A stretch of DNA of 64,000 nt from Gemmatimonadota bacterium (GTDB taxonomy: Bacteria > Gemmatimonadota > Gemmatimonadetes > Palauibacterales > Palauibacteraceae). Position 1 is the first letter of the stretch, and every line of letters starts with the position of its first letter. The notes below the pieces were generated by a model. The model had not been told where the DNA came from. It ran no database searches and saw nothing but the letters and a program-made list of their open reading frames with translations. A program made the position numbers and the translations under genes. The stretch lies in contig OY762926.1 in NCBI GenBank assembly GCA_963666735.1, positions 3,232,001 through 3,296,000 on the forward strand, given 5' to 3'. This document shows positions 17,855 to 29,540 of the stretch, in pieces.

Positions 17855-18282
17855 CCCGTTACCTCTGCGACACAAGCGCCCTCGTCGCGACCGTTTGCTC
17901 ATGGCATGAACACCACGCGCGAACCCGCGCCGCGATCGAGCGACGCGAGCGGGGAGGCGAAGAGCTTGTTCTTGCCGCTCATTCGCTGGCGGAAACGTAC
18001 GCGGTCCTCACCCGGCTACCCGGACCGAATCGCCTGCGATCCGGGGACGCCCTCGCGCTGCTGGAGGCCAACTGGGGCGACACCCCGGTCGTGCACCTCA
18101 CGGCGGCCGAGACCTGGCGCACGCTGCGCAGAGCACGGCGAAGCGGAGTGATCGGCGGACAGACGTACGACATGCTCATCGCGGCTAGTGCGCTGAAGGC
18201 TCGCGCCTCGACGGTCATCACCTGGAACGTCCGCCGCTTTGCCCCCGTGGCACGCAAGATCGACATCGAGGCGCCCCTCTGA
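17851..18282 (+). CDS. vapC: VapC PIN-domain toxin
   Basis: DTSALV, LAETYAVLTR, YDMLI, TWNVRRF. Confidence 0.9.
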   Translation: MTRYLCDTSALVATVCSWHEHHARTRAAIERRERGGEELVLAAHSLAETYAVLTRLPGPNRLRSGDALALLEANWGDTPVVHLTAAETWRTLRRARRSGVIGGQTYDMLIAASALKARASTVITWNVRRFAPVARKIDIEAPL

Positions 18283-18309
18283 CGATCGAACCGGCAGATG
18301 CCGCCCCCG

Positions 18310-19023
18310 TCAGTTGCCGTCGGCGAGATTGATCTTGTGCACGATCTCGCCGTCTCTCCGCACCAGCAGTCCCTGAAACTCCTCCGCAAGGCCCGTCCGC
18401 CTGTGTCCGGCGGGCGCGCTGCCAAGAAAGATCCTGTTCGCCCCGGTGCCCACCGTGACGCCGTTCAGGCCGTCGTCGTCCAGGGTCAGCAAGAGACCTT
18501 CCTGGATACGATCCGTGTCGAGGCCCAGACTGACGCGATAGCGGCCGTCCACCGGCAACAGGCCGTACCCCGTCCGCTCGAACCCCTCGTGGTCGTTGAT
18601 CACCATGCCCGTGCTCGGCGCGAGACGCCTGCCGATGTTGGGATCGGGCACCGGATCCCCGACGACCAGGCGATCGAATCCGTCCTCACTGAGGATGAGC
18701 ATCCCGGTGGTTTCGTGGATGTAGTCCTGGTAGTAGCCCATGTAGGCGTCCGGAAACCGGGGTCCCCATATCTCGCGCACGCGGGCTTCATCGGTGCGAA
18801 CGCGGTTGACGGCCTCCGGGACCGGGGCGCCGATGAGGATTCTCTCGCGCCCGGCCTCGTCCTCGATGATCAGCCCACGGGTTCTGATCACATCATCCGA
18901 AGCCGTCCCGCTTCTGACGAAGAGCACGGCCAGCGCGATGGTCATCAAGGCAGAGTAGACCTGCAACCAACGAATCGTACGCTTCAGTGGTTCGGTACTC
19001 GTGCTCACGGAATCCTCCTTCAT
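18310..19023 (-). CDS. Hypothetical membrane-anchored protein
   Basis: N-terminal TM then IRTRGLIIEDEAGRERILIGAP; host-like codon usage. Confidence 0.75.
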   Translation of the reverse strand: MKEDSVSTSTEPLKRTIRWLQVYSALMTIALAVLFVRSGTASDDVIRTRGLIIEDEAGRERILIGAPVPEAVNRVRTDEARVREIWGPRFPDAYMGYYQDYIHETTGMLILSEDGFDRLVVGDPVPDPNIGRRLAPSTGMVINDHEGFERTGYGLLPVDGRYRVSLGLDTDRIQEGLLLTLDDDGLNGVTVGTGANRIFLGSAPAGHRRTGLAEEFQGLLVRRDGEIVHKINLADGN

Positions 19024-19100
19024 ACGGCGGATTTGTCGCCCCGGCTGCTGACACGCCTTGTGACAGCGGAACGTTCGACGAGGGTTGTCAGCCGGGGCTC

Positions 19101-19745
19101 ATGAGCGACACGGTCCACGTGCCCGGCATGGGGGACCTTTCGAGATCGCCGATGGCCTACTACAGGGTCGGCACGGGTGGCGGCGGCCCAATGGTCGACG
19201 GACTGAACAGCGCCCCGTTCGCTCCGCGCGCGGACTGGGACATGACCGGGCGCGGGACGATCATCGTGGGCGACGGAGAGACGTACCGGCTCCACGAGTT
19301 CGCCCGGGGTGGCGAACCTCTCAGGACGATCGTCGGTCCGGAGGTGAAACGCCGCGCAGTGCCGCGGGCCGAACGCGCGGACAGCATGAGAGCGCTCGAC
19401 GCGCGTATCGATTCGCTTCCCGTCCCGCTGGACGAAGTCCTTGGCGTCGCGCCTGAGATCCTCAGGGGCGAGATCCCGGACTCGCTGCCGGTCTTCAACT
19501 CCATCCACGTAGGAGCCTCCGACCGGATCTGGGTCGAGCGCTGGCCCCCGGAAGGCATGGCCTCGTCGCGGTACTTCGACGTTCTGGAATACGACGGACG
19601 CTACGCCGGCACCGTCGTCGTACCGGCCCCGCTGTTGACGGATCCGCCGCCGTTCTTCGGCGACGACACCATCGTCGGCGTCGTCATGGACCCGACCTTC
19701 GAGGTGCACACGGTCGTCGCCTTCCGCTTTCGACTCCCTCGATAG
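19101..19745 (+). pseudogene. C-terminal half of a 6-bladed beta-propeller
   Basis: PFAPRADW, DRIWV, FDVLEYDGRYAGTV; no signal peptide or N-terminal blades. Confidence 0.7.
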
Positions 19746-19752
19746 AGTTCCC

Positions 19753-20967
19753 TCAGCCCTCCGGTTCGAGCGACACCAGCCGAATCACCCGGACGGTGGG
19801 CACATCCAGCTCGTCCCGTTCGATGTAGGCCAGCAGGCCGTCCGGGCCGAAAGCACCTGGGGTCCGCAGTCCATCCGCAGCCAGAGTGCCGATGTAGCGG
19901 CCGTCGGGCGTCACGATGTCGGTCGGACCACCGTCGCGGTCGCCGTCCGCTGCCCTTCGGGTCACCCAGATCCGGTCCTCCCAGTCGACCTCGACGTCTC
20001 CGATGACCGGCACCTCGTCGGCGAAGTCAAGCTCTTCCACGCCTTCGCGTTCCACCTGGAACGACGATGGCAGATCTTGGAGTTGAGCGGTGGTTTCACG
20101 GTAGCGCTCGCGCTCCGCCTCCATGATCGCTTCGTCGACGGCCAGCGGCGCAATCGGCCGCTCGACGACTCCGGTTACGCTCCCGTCGAGTCCGATCAGC
20201 TTCACGCGGTAGCCGATCGAGTCGGCAAGGGCGAGCCGGCCATCGGTCAGCACGTCGTAGTAGAGTCCCGGCTCGAAGGCGCGCCCCGCCGATATGCGGA
20301 TAGTCCTGGACGAATCAAAGGCGAAGTTGTCGTCGTCGGCATCCTCGGGGAGAACCCAGGCGGTGTAGAGGATTTCGGGCTCGGTCCCATCCAGCGGGAT
20401 GAGGTGAATCGGCCGACCCTCGTCGTCGGGGGAACTCGCCGCCCGCGAAGACGCGTCCATCGAAACGAAGCTCGAGGCGACCAGGCGTCCGTCGGGGAGG
20501 GCCAAACCGGAAAAGAGGATCGCATCCATTTGGACGCGCCGCACGAAGGTTCCACCGGGGTCGAAGAAATCGACCTGCGAGAAGCCCAGCACCGTGTAAG
20601 AGCCGTCGCGGGCGACGATGGCCGAGCTGACGTTGCCGAACTCGCCCGGCCCCTCTCCCTGTCCTCCCACCGTGCGCAGCAAGGATCCGTCCCGTCCGAC
20701 CACCAGGATGTGCTCGGCCTGGGAGTCGAAGATGTGCAGGTTGCCCTCGCGGTCGAAGGCCACCGAACTCACGCTGCCGAAGGTGTCCCACGCGTCACCG
20801 ACCACCGACCCGACGGTGAAGACCTCTTCGGTGACGGCGTCCAGCATCACGTCTGGACCCTCGAGGGTTCCGCGGGTGCCGATCGCCCGGTCCTGCCCTG
20901 CGTCGCCGCAGGCCCCGGACAGGAAGAGCGGAGCGAAGACCAGCAGCTGTTTCGGGTTCGCCGGCAT
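19753..20967 (-). CDS. 6-bladed beta-propeller lipoprotein
   Basis: LSGAC lipobox, GQGEGPGEF, DRIWV, DGRYIGT. Confidence 0.85.
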   Translation of the reverse strand: MPANPKQLLVFAPLFLSGACGDAGQDRAIGTRGTLEGPDVMLDAVTEEVFTVGSVVGDAWDTFGSVSSVAFDREGNLHIFDSQAEHILVVGRDGSLLRTVGGQGEGPGEFGNVSSAIVARDGSYTVLGFSQVDFFDPGGTFVRRVQMDAILFSGLALPDGRLVASSFVSMDASSRAASSPDDEGRPIHLIPLDGTEPEILYTAWVLPEDADDDNFAFDSSRTIRISAGRAFEPGLYYDVLTDGRLALADSIGYRVKLIGLDGSVTGVVERPIAPLAVDEAIMEAERERYRETTAQLQDLPSSFQVEREGVEELDFADEVPVIGDVEVDWEDRIWVTRRAADGDRDGGPTDIVTPDGRYIGTLAADGLRTPGAFGPDGLLAYIERDELDVPTVRVIRLVSLEPEG

Positions 20968-20985
20968 GGTTACTTCTCCTCAACT

Positions 20986-22476
<1,491 letters not shown>

Positions 22477-22538
22477 CGTCTATCTCCTTCGGTGTTCAGG
22501 CAGCTCTCGGACAGCTTCGGATAGCGTTCAGACAGCGT

Positions 22539-23504
22539 TCAGACAGCTTTCCGGGCGGTGGCCGCGAAGAGCGCCGGCCCCGACGCCTCGGGCTCCGGCG
22601 CGAGCGGAATGTGATGATACGCTTCGAGGCCGGCGAGACACGTCCAATCCCGCATCTGGTCCTCGGTGAAGCCGGGCCACAGGTGGCCCATGGTGTCGCG
22701 GTATTCGTCTCTGTCGTGCGCGCGCATGTCCACCACGAGCAGGCGTCCGCCCGGAGCCAGGGCGCGGGCCGCCTCAGCCAGCACCCGTCCGGGGTCCACC
22801 GCGAAGTGGAGCACGAGCATCAACACGGCGAGATCGAGTGCATCGTCGTCGACCGGGAGCGACTCCAGTTCGCCCTCGCGGATGTCGACATTGTCGCGCT
22901 CGCCAAGGCGTACAGCCGCCGCAGCCAGCATTTCCGGTGACCGGTCGACCGCGACGACCCGCGTCACGAAGGGCGCGATCATGTTTGCGAGCGTTCCCGT
23001 CCCCGCGCCGAGGTCCCCCACGGTCCACTCCGGATCGAACAGACCGAAGAGGGGTGCGAACCGTGCGTCGCTCCCGAACAACTCATCGCGGAGGGCGTCC
23101 CACTCGGCCGCGGATTCCAAGAAGAAGGCTGCGGCGCCCCCCCGGCGCTCGGCGAGTACACTCTCGGCCCGTTCCGCATCGTCCCGGATCCAGCGGGCGC
23201 CGGCGAGGCTCCCCTCCGCCAGCCGCCAGAGATCCCGGGCCCCCGACTCGAGTTCGCCGTCCATGCGGTAGTACCGGGTCTTCCCCTCCTGCCGCCGGCG
23301 CACCCAGCCATCATCGGCGAGTACCCGCAGGTGACGCGAAACCGTGGACTGCGGCAGCTGCAGGACGGAGACGAGTTCCGACACCGTGAACTCGTTACGG
23401 TCCAGCAGGGTGAGAATCCGGAGCCGGTTCTCATCCCCGAGGGATTCGAAGCGGGAGAGAAGGTCCCGTGTCGGCGCCGGCACTTGGCTGATCATCGTAT
23501 CCAT
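22539..23504 (-). CDS. ArsR-HTH plus SAM-binding methyltransferase-domain regulator (SahR-like)
   Basis: QSTVSRHL HTH, DLGAGTG; directly upstream of ahcY. Confidence 0.88.
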   Translation of the reverse strand: MDTMISQVPAPTRDLLSRFESLGDENRLRILTLLDRNEFTVSELVSVLQLPQSTVSRHLRVLADDGWVRRRQEGKTRYYRMDGELESGARDLWRLAEGSLAGARWIRDDAERAESVLAERRGGAAAFFLESAAEWDALRDELFGSDARFAPLFGLFDPEWTVGDLGAGTGTLANMIAPFVTRVVAVDRSPEMLAAAAVRLGERDNVDIREGELESLPVDDDALDLAVLMLVLHFAVDPGRVLAEAARALAPGGRLLVVDMRAHDRDEYRDTMGHLWPGFTEDQMRDWTCLAGLEAYHHIPLAPEPEASGPALFAATARKAV

Positions 23505-23506
23505 AA

Positions 23507-23522
23507 ATCCAAATATATGGAT
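23507..23522. promoter_or_regulatory. SahR-type operator
   Basis: ATCCA-N6-TGGAT palindrome abutting the regulator start in an AT-rich patch. Confidence 0.65.
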
Positions 23523-23695
23523 ATGACAATGTTGGCGCTACGCTCAGTTCCTCAATCCCGGCCCGAGGCGATTCCGAGACCGATACCTGCAACCGGTGAT
23601 GCGCCACTTGCGTTGCTCCTCTCTCGTTCCCGGGCCGGACCGTTCGGCCGTCAGCTTGACCCTATCACGGTACAAGCTAGCTTCACGGTCCACGT

Positions 23696-23769
23696 CGGGG
23701 CGTGGCGCAGCCCGGTAGCGCGCCTGAATGGGGTTCAGGAGGTCGCGAGTTCAAATCTCGCCGCCCCGA
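23696..23769 (+). tRNA. tRNA-Pro(GGG)
   Basis: Acceptor CGGGGCG/CGCCCCG, anticodon arm CCTGA-ATGGGGT-TCAGG; TTGACC-N16-TAGCTT upstream. Confidence 0.96.
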
Positions 23770-23806
23770 TTTTCTTGCCCAGCCATGAACACGGAGGATT
23801 GGGACC

Positions 23807-24412
23807 ATGAAGCCTCGGCTGTCCGTGATCCTCGCATTGCTCGCCGTGAGCGTCGCCGTGCGGCTGATTCCCTACGTGCTGGCGCAGTTCGGGATGACGG
23901 TCGAGCCCGGCAACACGGTCTATCCGTGGAACTTCTCGCCGTTCCTGCCCATCTGCCTGTTCGGCGGAGCCATGTTCGCGCGGGCCCGCATGGCGTACCT
24001 GGTCCCGTTCGCGGCCTGGCTGCTCGGAGACCTCGGGGTCTGGGCGCTCACCGGACGCGCCGACTGGGCGTTCTACGCGCACCAGCCGGTGATCTATCTC
24101 TCGGTCGCCCTCGTCGCCTTCATCGGCTTTTCCCTCCGGCGCGGGCGGTCGTGGAAGCGCGTCGCCGGCGCGGGGCTCGGGTCGTCGCTCGCGTTCTTCG
24201 TGCTCAGCAACTTCGGCGTTTGGGCGTTCGGCGGCGGCGCGATCTATCCGCTCAACTTCGCCGGCCTCGTCGAGTGCTACGTGATGGCGATTCCGTACCT
24301 GCGGAACACGCTGGTCAGCATGGCGGTCTTCCTGCCGCTCCTGTTCAGCCGCGTCGCCCTGACCAAGCCGACCGCCGTCCCCGGGTACCGCCTGGCCTCC
24401 AGCCGTACCTGA
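23807..24412 (+). CDS. DUF6580-like putative transport membrane protein
   Basis: WNFSP, FFVLSNFGVW, CYVMAIPY; multiple TMs. Confidence 0.75.
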   Translation: MKPRLSVILALLAVSVAVRLIPYVLAQFGMTVEPGNTVYPWNFSPFLPICLFGGAMFARARMAYLVPFAAWLLGDLGVWALTGRADWAFYAHQPVIYLSVALVAFIGFSLRRGRSWKRVAGAGLGSSLAFFVLSNFGVWAFGGGAIYPLNFAGLVECYVMAIPYLRNTLVSMAVFLPLLFSRVALTKPTAVPGYRLASSRT

Positions 24413-24422
24413 GGGCGGCGCG

Positions 24423-25376
24423 ATGACCCACCGCGTCGTCTCGCTCATCGCCAGCGCGACGGAGATCGTGTGCGCCCTCGGCTTCGAGGACGAACTCGTG
24501 GGCCGCTCCCACGAATGCGACTACCCGCCCGGCGTCGAGCGCCTCCCCGCCTGCTGCTCCTCGAAGGTGAAGGTGGAGGCGAGCAGCAAGGAGATCGACG
24601 ACCAGGTCCGCTCGCTCGTGGGCGACGGACTCTCGGTGTACCGGGTCGATCCGGATCTGCTGAACCGGCTTGCCCCGACCGTCATCGTCACACAGACGCA
24701 GTGCGAGGTGTGCGCCGCCAGCCTGCAGGACGTCGAGCGCGCCGTGTGCGAACTCGTCACCTCGAACCCGGCCATCGTCTCGCTCGAGCCCATGGCGCTG
24801 GGGGATGTCTGGAAGGACATCCGCGCCGTCGCCTCCGCGCTCGGGGAGCCGGCCCGCGCCGACGAACTCGTGGCTCGGCTGACGGCCCGTCTCGATGCGC
24901 TCCGCGCCCGCGCGCGATCCCTGGAGTCCCGTCCCTCGGTGGGCTGCATCGAGTGGACCGACCCGCTGATGATGGCGGGGAACTGGGTCCCGGAACTGGT
25001 GGAGATCGCCGGCGGCACGGACCCGCTCGGTGAAGCCGGAAAGCACTCCGGCTACGTGGATATCGAGCGCCTCGTAGAGGCCGATCCCGACGTGATCGCG
25101 ATCATGCCGTGCGGCTTCGACATCGAACGCGCCCGCCGCGAGATGACGGCCCTCGTCACACGCCCCGAGTGGGAACAGTTGTCCGCCGTGCGCAACGGAC
25201 GCGTCGTGATGACGGACGGGAACCAGTACTTCAACCGCCCCGCCCCCCGCGTGGTCGAGTCGGCCGAGATCCTCGCCGAATGCCTGCACCCGGACCACTT
25301 CGACTTCGGCCATTTCGGCCGCGGCTGGACCTGGTGGGAGACATCTGAACCGTCTCGGAGACGGCGCACGGGTTAG
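24423..25376 (+). CDS. Cobalamin/Fe-siderophore-type substrate-binding protein
   Basis: RVVSLIASATEIVCALG, GRSHECDYP, YFNRPAPR. Confidence 0.85.
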   Translation: MTHRVVSLIASATEIVCALGFEDELVGRSHECDYPPGVERLPACCSSKVKVEASSKEIDDQVRSLVGDGLSVYRVDPDLLNRLAPTVIVTQTQCEVCAASLQDVERAVCELVTSNPAIVSLEPMALGDVWKDIRAVASALGEPARADELVARLTARLDALRARARSLESRPSVGCIEWTDPLMMAGNWVPELVEIAGGTDPLGEAGKHSGYVDIERLVEADPDVIAIMPCGFDIERARREMTALVTRPEWEQLSAVRNGRVVMTDGNQYFNRPAPRVVESAEILAECLHPDHFDFGHFGRGWTWWETSEPSRRRRTG

Positions 25377-25404
25377 CGACTTTGTTCTCCCGGAGGAGAG
25401 GAAC

Positions 25405-26979
25405 ATGGGCTCAAGATCGATTGTCGCGGCGGCTTCCTTCCTGTCCTTCCTCTCCCTGCCGGGTTCGGCGGTCTCCCAGGAGGCCTCCACGCCGCTCGCC
25501 ATCGTCGGGGCGACGATCATCGACGGACACGGCGGCGCCCCCATCGCCGATGGGACCCTCGTCATCGAGGGCGACCGTATCACTGCGGTGGGTCCGAGCG
25601 CGGACGTCGCAGTCCCCGGCGGCGCGGAGGTGATCGACGGGAGCGGCAAGTTCGTCACGCCCGGCTTCGTGGACACCAACGTCCACATGTCGCTCGCCTT
25701 CGGTCGCGGGCCGCGGGTCGAGGAACACGCGGCGTACTGGGCGCACCACGAGCAGGTCATCCTCCAGGGGCTCCAACTCCACCTGAAGCACGGGGTGACG
25801 ACCGTCCGGGACAGCTACGGCGTCCTGCGTCCCATGCAGCGGGTCAAGAAGAAGATCGATTCCGGAGAGGAGATCGGCCCGCGGACGTATCTCGCCGGCA
25901 ACATCGTGGGCTGGGGCGGCCCCGCCTCGGAGACTTTCGCCGGGCTCCCCGAGTCGGAGATCAGCTTCTTCGCCGAGCAGATGAACGACGAGGTCACGCT
26001 GGGGAGCGGGGAAGAGATGATGCACATGACGCCGGACGAGCTGCGCGTCGCGATCAATTCCTACCTCGATCACGGGCCCGACTTCATCAAGTACGGCGCC
26101 ACGCACCACTTCAATTATCCCGCCGGAATCTCGTTCTCGCCGCGCGCCCAGCGGGTGATCGTCGAGGAGACGCACAAGCGCGGCCTCGTGGCCGAGACCC
26201 ACGCCACGAGCCTCGAAGGCCTGCGTCTCTCGATCCTCGCCGGGATCGATCTCATCCAGCACCCGGACAACGTCGGGAACCGCACGATCACCGATGAACT
26301 CGTCGACATGATCGTAGAGCGCGACATCGTGTGCTCGATGCTCATCAACCAGTTCACGGGCCCCAGCTGGCAGTTCCACGTCCGCAACATGGAGCGCGCG
26401 CGGGAGGACCTCGCCGAGGCCCAGGCGCGAGAGCGCCAGCGGCGCATCCCTCCGACGACCGCGGAGATCCGCCGCCGCGTCCAGGACACCGGTCTTCCGC
26501 AACCGGGATCCGTGATGGAGGGGCGCTATACGACGAAACGGACAAACGCGAAGAAGCTCATCGACGCCGGCTGCATCGTGACCGTCGGCACGGACAACAC
26601 GCTGTTCGGGCGCGGGGGCGTGGCGGCGGACTTCCTGCGCGAGGAGCCCGAGAACATGGAGCACCAGCTGCCCGGCCTGGGCACGATCTTCGCGATCGAG
26701 GGGCTGGTCGAACTCGGCATGACGCCGTCCGAGGCGATCGTCGCCGCGACGAAGAACGGAGCCATCGCGAGCAAGGCGCTCGACGAGTACGGCACGCTCG
26801 AGGCGGGGAAGGCCGCGGACATCCTCTTGCTCGACGCGAATCCGCTGGCCGACATCGCGAACATCCGGCGCCTCGGGATGGTGATAAAGGGCGGCCGGAT
26901 CGTGGACATCGACGCGCTCCCCACGAACCCGACCGCGCTCGACTGGGTCGCCGGGGCGCCGAAGGGCTCCCGTCCCTAG
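25405..26979 (+). CDS. Secreted amidohydrolase-family protein
   Basis: PGFVDTNVH, GVTTVRD, GTD, GTLEAGKAAD. Confidence 0.88.
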   Translation: MGSRSIVAAASFLSFLSLPGSAVSQEASTPLAIVGATIIDGHGGAPIADGTLVIEGDRITAVGPSADVAVPGGAEVIDGSGKFVTPGFVDTNVHMSLAFGRGPRVEEHAAYWAHHEQVILQGLQLHLKHGVTTVRDSYGVLRPMQRVKKKIDSGEEIGPRTYLAGNIVGWGGPASETFAGLPESEISFFAEQMNDEVTLGSGEEMMHMTPDELRVAINSYLDHGPDFIKYGATHHFNYPAGISFSPRAQRVIVEETHKRGLVAETHATSLEGLRLSILAGIDLIQHPDNVGNRTITDELVDMIVERDIVCSMLINQFTGPSWQFHVRNMERAREDLAEAQARERQRRIPPTTAEIRRRVQDTGLPQPGSVMEGRYTTKRTNAKKLIDAGCIVTVGTDNTLFGRGGVAADFLREEPENMEHQLPGLGTIFAIEGLVELGMTPSEAIVAATKNGAIASKALDEYGTLEAGKAADILLLDANPLADIANIRRLGMVIKGGRIVDIDALPTNPTALDWVAGAPKGSRP

Positions 26980-27112
26980 CATCCGGCCTTCAACCCAGGG
27001 AACGGAGATCTCTGCCCGCGCGTTCCTTGATTCCGATCTTTCGTCGTGCCCCCGTTACCCCGTATAGTGTCCGCCACCCAGCCTGCGACTCGCCAAGTTC
27101 GCGGCTCGAAAG

Positions 27113-28249
27113 ATGAAAACATTGGGAGCCCTCACGCGAGGGCCGGGATCACTTGTAATGACAACGGCATCACGCTGGACCGAACTCAGCGTTCAGAACT
27201 TCCGCGGGCTCTCGGAGCTGCGGCTCGAAGGCTTCGGGATTTTCAACGTTCTGTTGGGCGCCAACGACGTCGGCAAGACGTCCGTCCTAGAGGCCATCTT
27301 CCTGCTGGCTGGTCTTGGTAATCTGGAACTTCCGATCCGGATCCAGAATTTTCGCAACTTCATCGTTCCCGATATCGAAGGGTTCGGTTTGCTCCTTCAT
27401 GGCCTCGATTCCGACTCGCACGCGACTCTGGCGGCCCACTCCGCGGACGGGTCCCGCCGGACCTTAGAGCTTTCTACGCCCCGGGACGCTTCGATCGTCG
27501 ACCCTGATCCCCCCTCCAGTGGCGATCGGCGGCTGAGTCAGTCTGCTTTCTCCACCCCCATGGGCCGTCGCGCCTTGGGATACACCGGCTCTGTCACGCC
27601 GAACACCTCCGACGACCCGATCGAATTCTCGGGCACCCTGACGATGAACAGCGATGGGTTCGAACGGAAAATGGATCCTGGGCACGCGTCAGAGCACATC
27701 CTACCGGCAAGGTATCTCGCCCCTAACGCCAGTTACGACGCGAAGCTCATTTCAGACGTAGCTGTCCACAAGAAAGCTGCCGAGTTGGTCGAGTACCTTC
27801 AAATCATCAATCCAGCTGTCACAGACCTTACTTCCGATGGAAATCTCGCGTACGCTGACATTGGGCTCCCAACGATGCTGCCGCTAAACATGCTCGGTAC
27901 CGGTATGAGTCGGGCAACGGCAATGATCACACCCTGCCTATTAGACAACAGCCGCATTCTGATGATTGATGAAATCGAAAACGGACTTCATTATCGCGCA
28001 ATCCCACCGCTGTTAGAGATCCTCCTGCGCGTCTCGTACGAGCGGAACATGCAAATGTTTATTACGACACATAGTCGCACCGTTCTCGAAGATCTGTATT
28101 CTGTGTTGCAACGTGAGGAGTGTGAGCTGTATAGGGAGGGAAGTTCCAGCTACGCGCTTCAACGTGAACAGAACGACATTGTCGGGGTCTACCGCTACGG
28201 ATACTCAGATCTTGAGTATGCATTGAAACACGATATCGAGATCAGATGA
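27113..28249 (+). CDS. AAA_15/AAA_21 ABC-type ATPase
   Basis: NFRG, GANDVGKTS, LGTG signature, IDEIENGLH, TTHS; low GC. Confidence 0.9.
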   Translation: MKTLGALTRGPGSLVMTTASRWTELSVQNFRGLSELRLEGFGIFNVLLGANDVGKTSVLEAIFLLAGLGNLELPIRIQNFRNFIVPDIEGFGLLLHGLDSDSHATLAAHSADGSRRTLELSTPRDASIVDPDPPSSGDRRLSQSAFSTPMGRRALGYTGSVTPNTSDDPIEFSGTLTMNSDGFERKMDPGHASEHILPARYLAPNASYDAKLISDVAVHKKAAELVEYLQIINPAVTDLTSDGNLAYADIGLPTMLPLNMLGTGMSRATAMITPCLLDNSRILMIDEIENGLHYRAIPPLLEILLRVSYERNMQMFITTHSRTVLEDLYSVLQREECELYREGSSSYALQREQNDIVGVYRYGYSDLEYALKHDIEIR

Positions 28250-28290
28250 TGCCCGCGACGTGGAAAGTGTTTGTGGAGGGGAAGGCGGAT

Positions 28291-29540
28291 CGGAACCTGC
28301 CAACGAATGTGAGACACTTTCCGATTCAGTTTAGTGAGGCCTCCTTCCTCCCGTTGGCCGACTCCGATCCATCAACCGGCGTGACGGGGAGTGCGCGGTT
28401 GATCCAGACTTCCTCCGGGAGTTCCACAGCCCTCGGCGGGCCGACGACGAAGCGGTCGGGGCGGGCGGCGTAGGCCGCGGCCAGCACGTTCCGCCGTTGC
28501 TCGATCACCTCGGGGGCGCGGCCGAGGTGGACCTGCTCGGGGGTGAGCAGGCCGATGCCGCCGTGGCGGTGTTGGGTGTTGTACCACTGGAAGAACTCCC
28601 GGCAGAAGTCCTTCGCCTCCTCGATGCAGCCGAACCGACCGGGGAAGCCCGGGTGATACTTGAGGGTCTTGAAGTGCGCCTCCGAGTACGGGTTGTCGTT
28701 CGAGACCCTGGGGCGGCCCAGCGACTGCGTGACGCCCAGGTCGGCCAGGAGCTGCGCCGTGCACTTGGCCGTCATGGGGGATCCCCGATCCGAGTGCAGC
28801 GTGAGGACCCGGGGCCGCACACCGTGCCTGAGACACGTCTCGCCGACCAAGTGTCCGGCCAGGCCTGCGGTCTCGCGCTCCGCCACCATCCATCCGGTGA
28901 CGTAGCGGCTGTAGATGTCCAGGATCACGTACAGATAGAAGTACCGCCACTTCTCCGGCGCCAGCAGCCGGGCGATGTCCCAAGACCACACCTCGTTCGG
29001 TGCCTTGGCCACCACCTCGGGCTTCGGGTGGTTGGGATGGCTGCGCTGAGCCCGGCGCTCGCGGACCGCCCGGTTCTCGGCCAGGATCCGGTACATCGTC
29101 CGCTCCGAACACAGATAGACGCCCTCGTCCAGCAGCGTCGCGTACACCTCCGCCGGCGCGCGGTCGGCGAAGCGCGGCGAGCACAGCACGCCGAAGACCT
29201 CCGCCCGCTCCGCCGCGTCCAGGGCCCGGGCGGGAGCCGGCCGGGGCCGCCGCCGCCCGGTCTTCGGCCTCCGGCGACGGTAGAACGTGGCGCGCGCGAC
29301 CCCGAGGGCCTCGCACGCCGCGCGTACGCCCACGTGCCCGGCCAAGCCTCCGGCCGCGCTCAAGAGCGCTTCCCGTCCCCGGGGCTCACGCCCGGCAGCC
29401 CCGCAACTTTTCCCTGGACATCGATGATGATGCGCGCCTTGCGGAGTTCCTCGCGCAACCGCGCGTTCTCCCGCTCCAGCTTCCGCACCCTCCTCGCCTC
29501 ACGCTTCCCGCCCGAGGGCTTCGGTCCGCGTCTCTTCGCC
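28291..29540 (-). mobile_element. Truncated IS3-family element (orfB 28326-29363, orfA remnant 29360-29540)
   Basis: DDE motifs WSWDI, HSDRGS, DNPYSEAHFKTLK; orfA tail LERENARLREELRKARIIIDVQGK; 5' part missing; right end approximate. Confidence 0.85.

Noticed and set aside
2070..19745. Classical integron cassette array
   Set aside because: Genes are in mixed orientation, no recurring attC-like sites between them, no intI
22523..22548. Short AGCGTTCAGAC tandem repeat
   Set aside because: Two copies at a gene end; ordinary slippage
23525..23806. Cobalamin or SAM/SAH riboswitch
   Set aside because: Space is taken by promoters and the tRNA; no recognisable aptamer motifs
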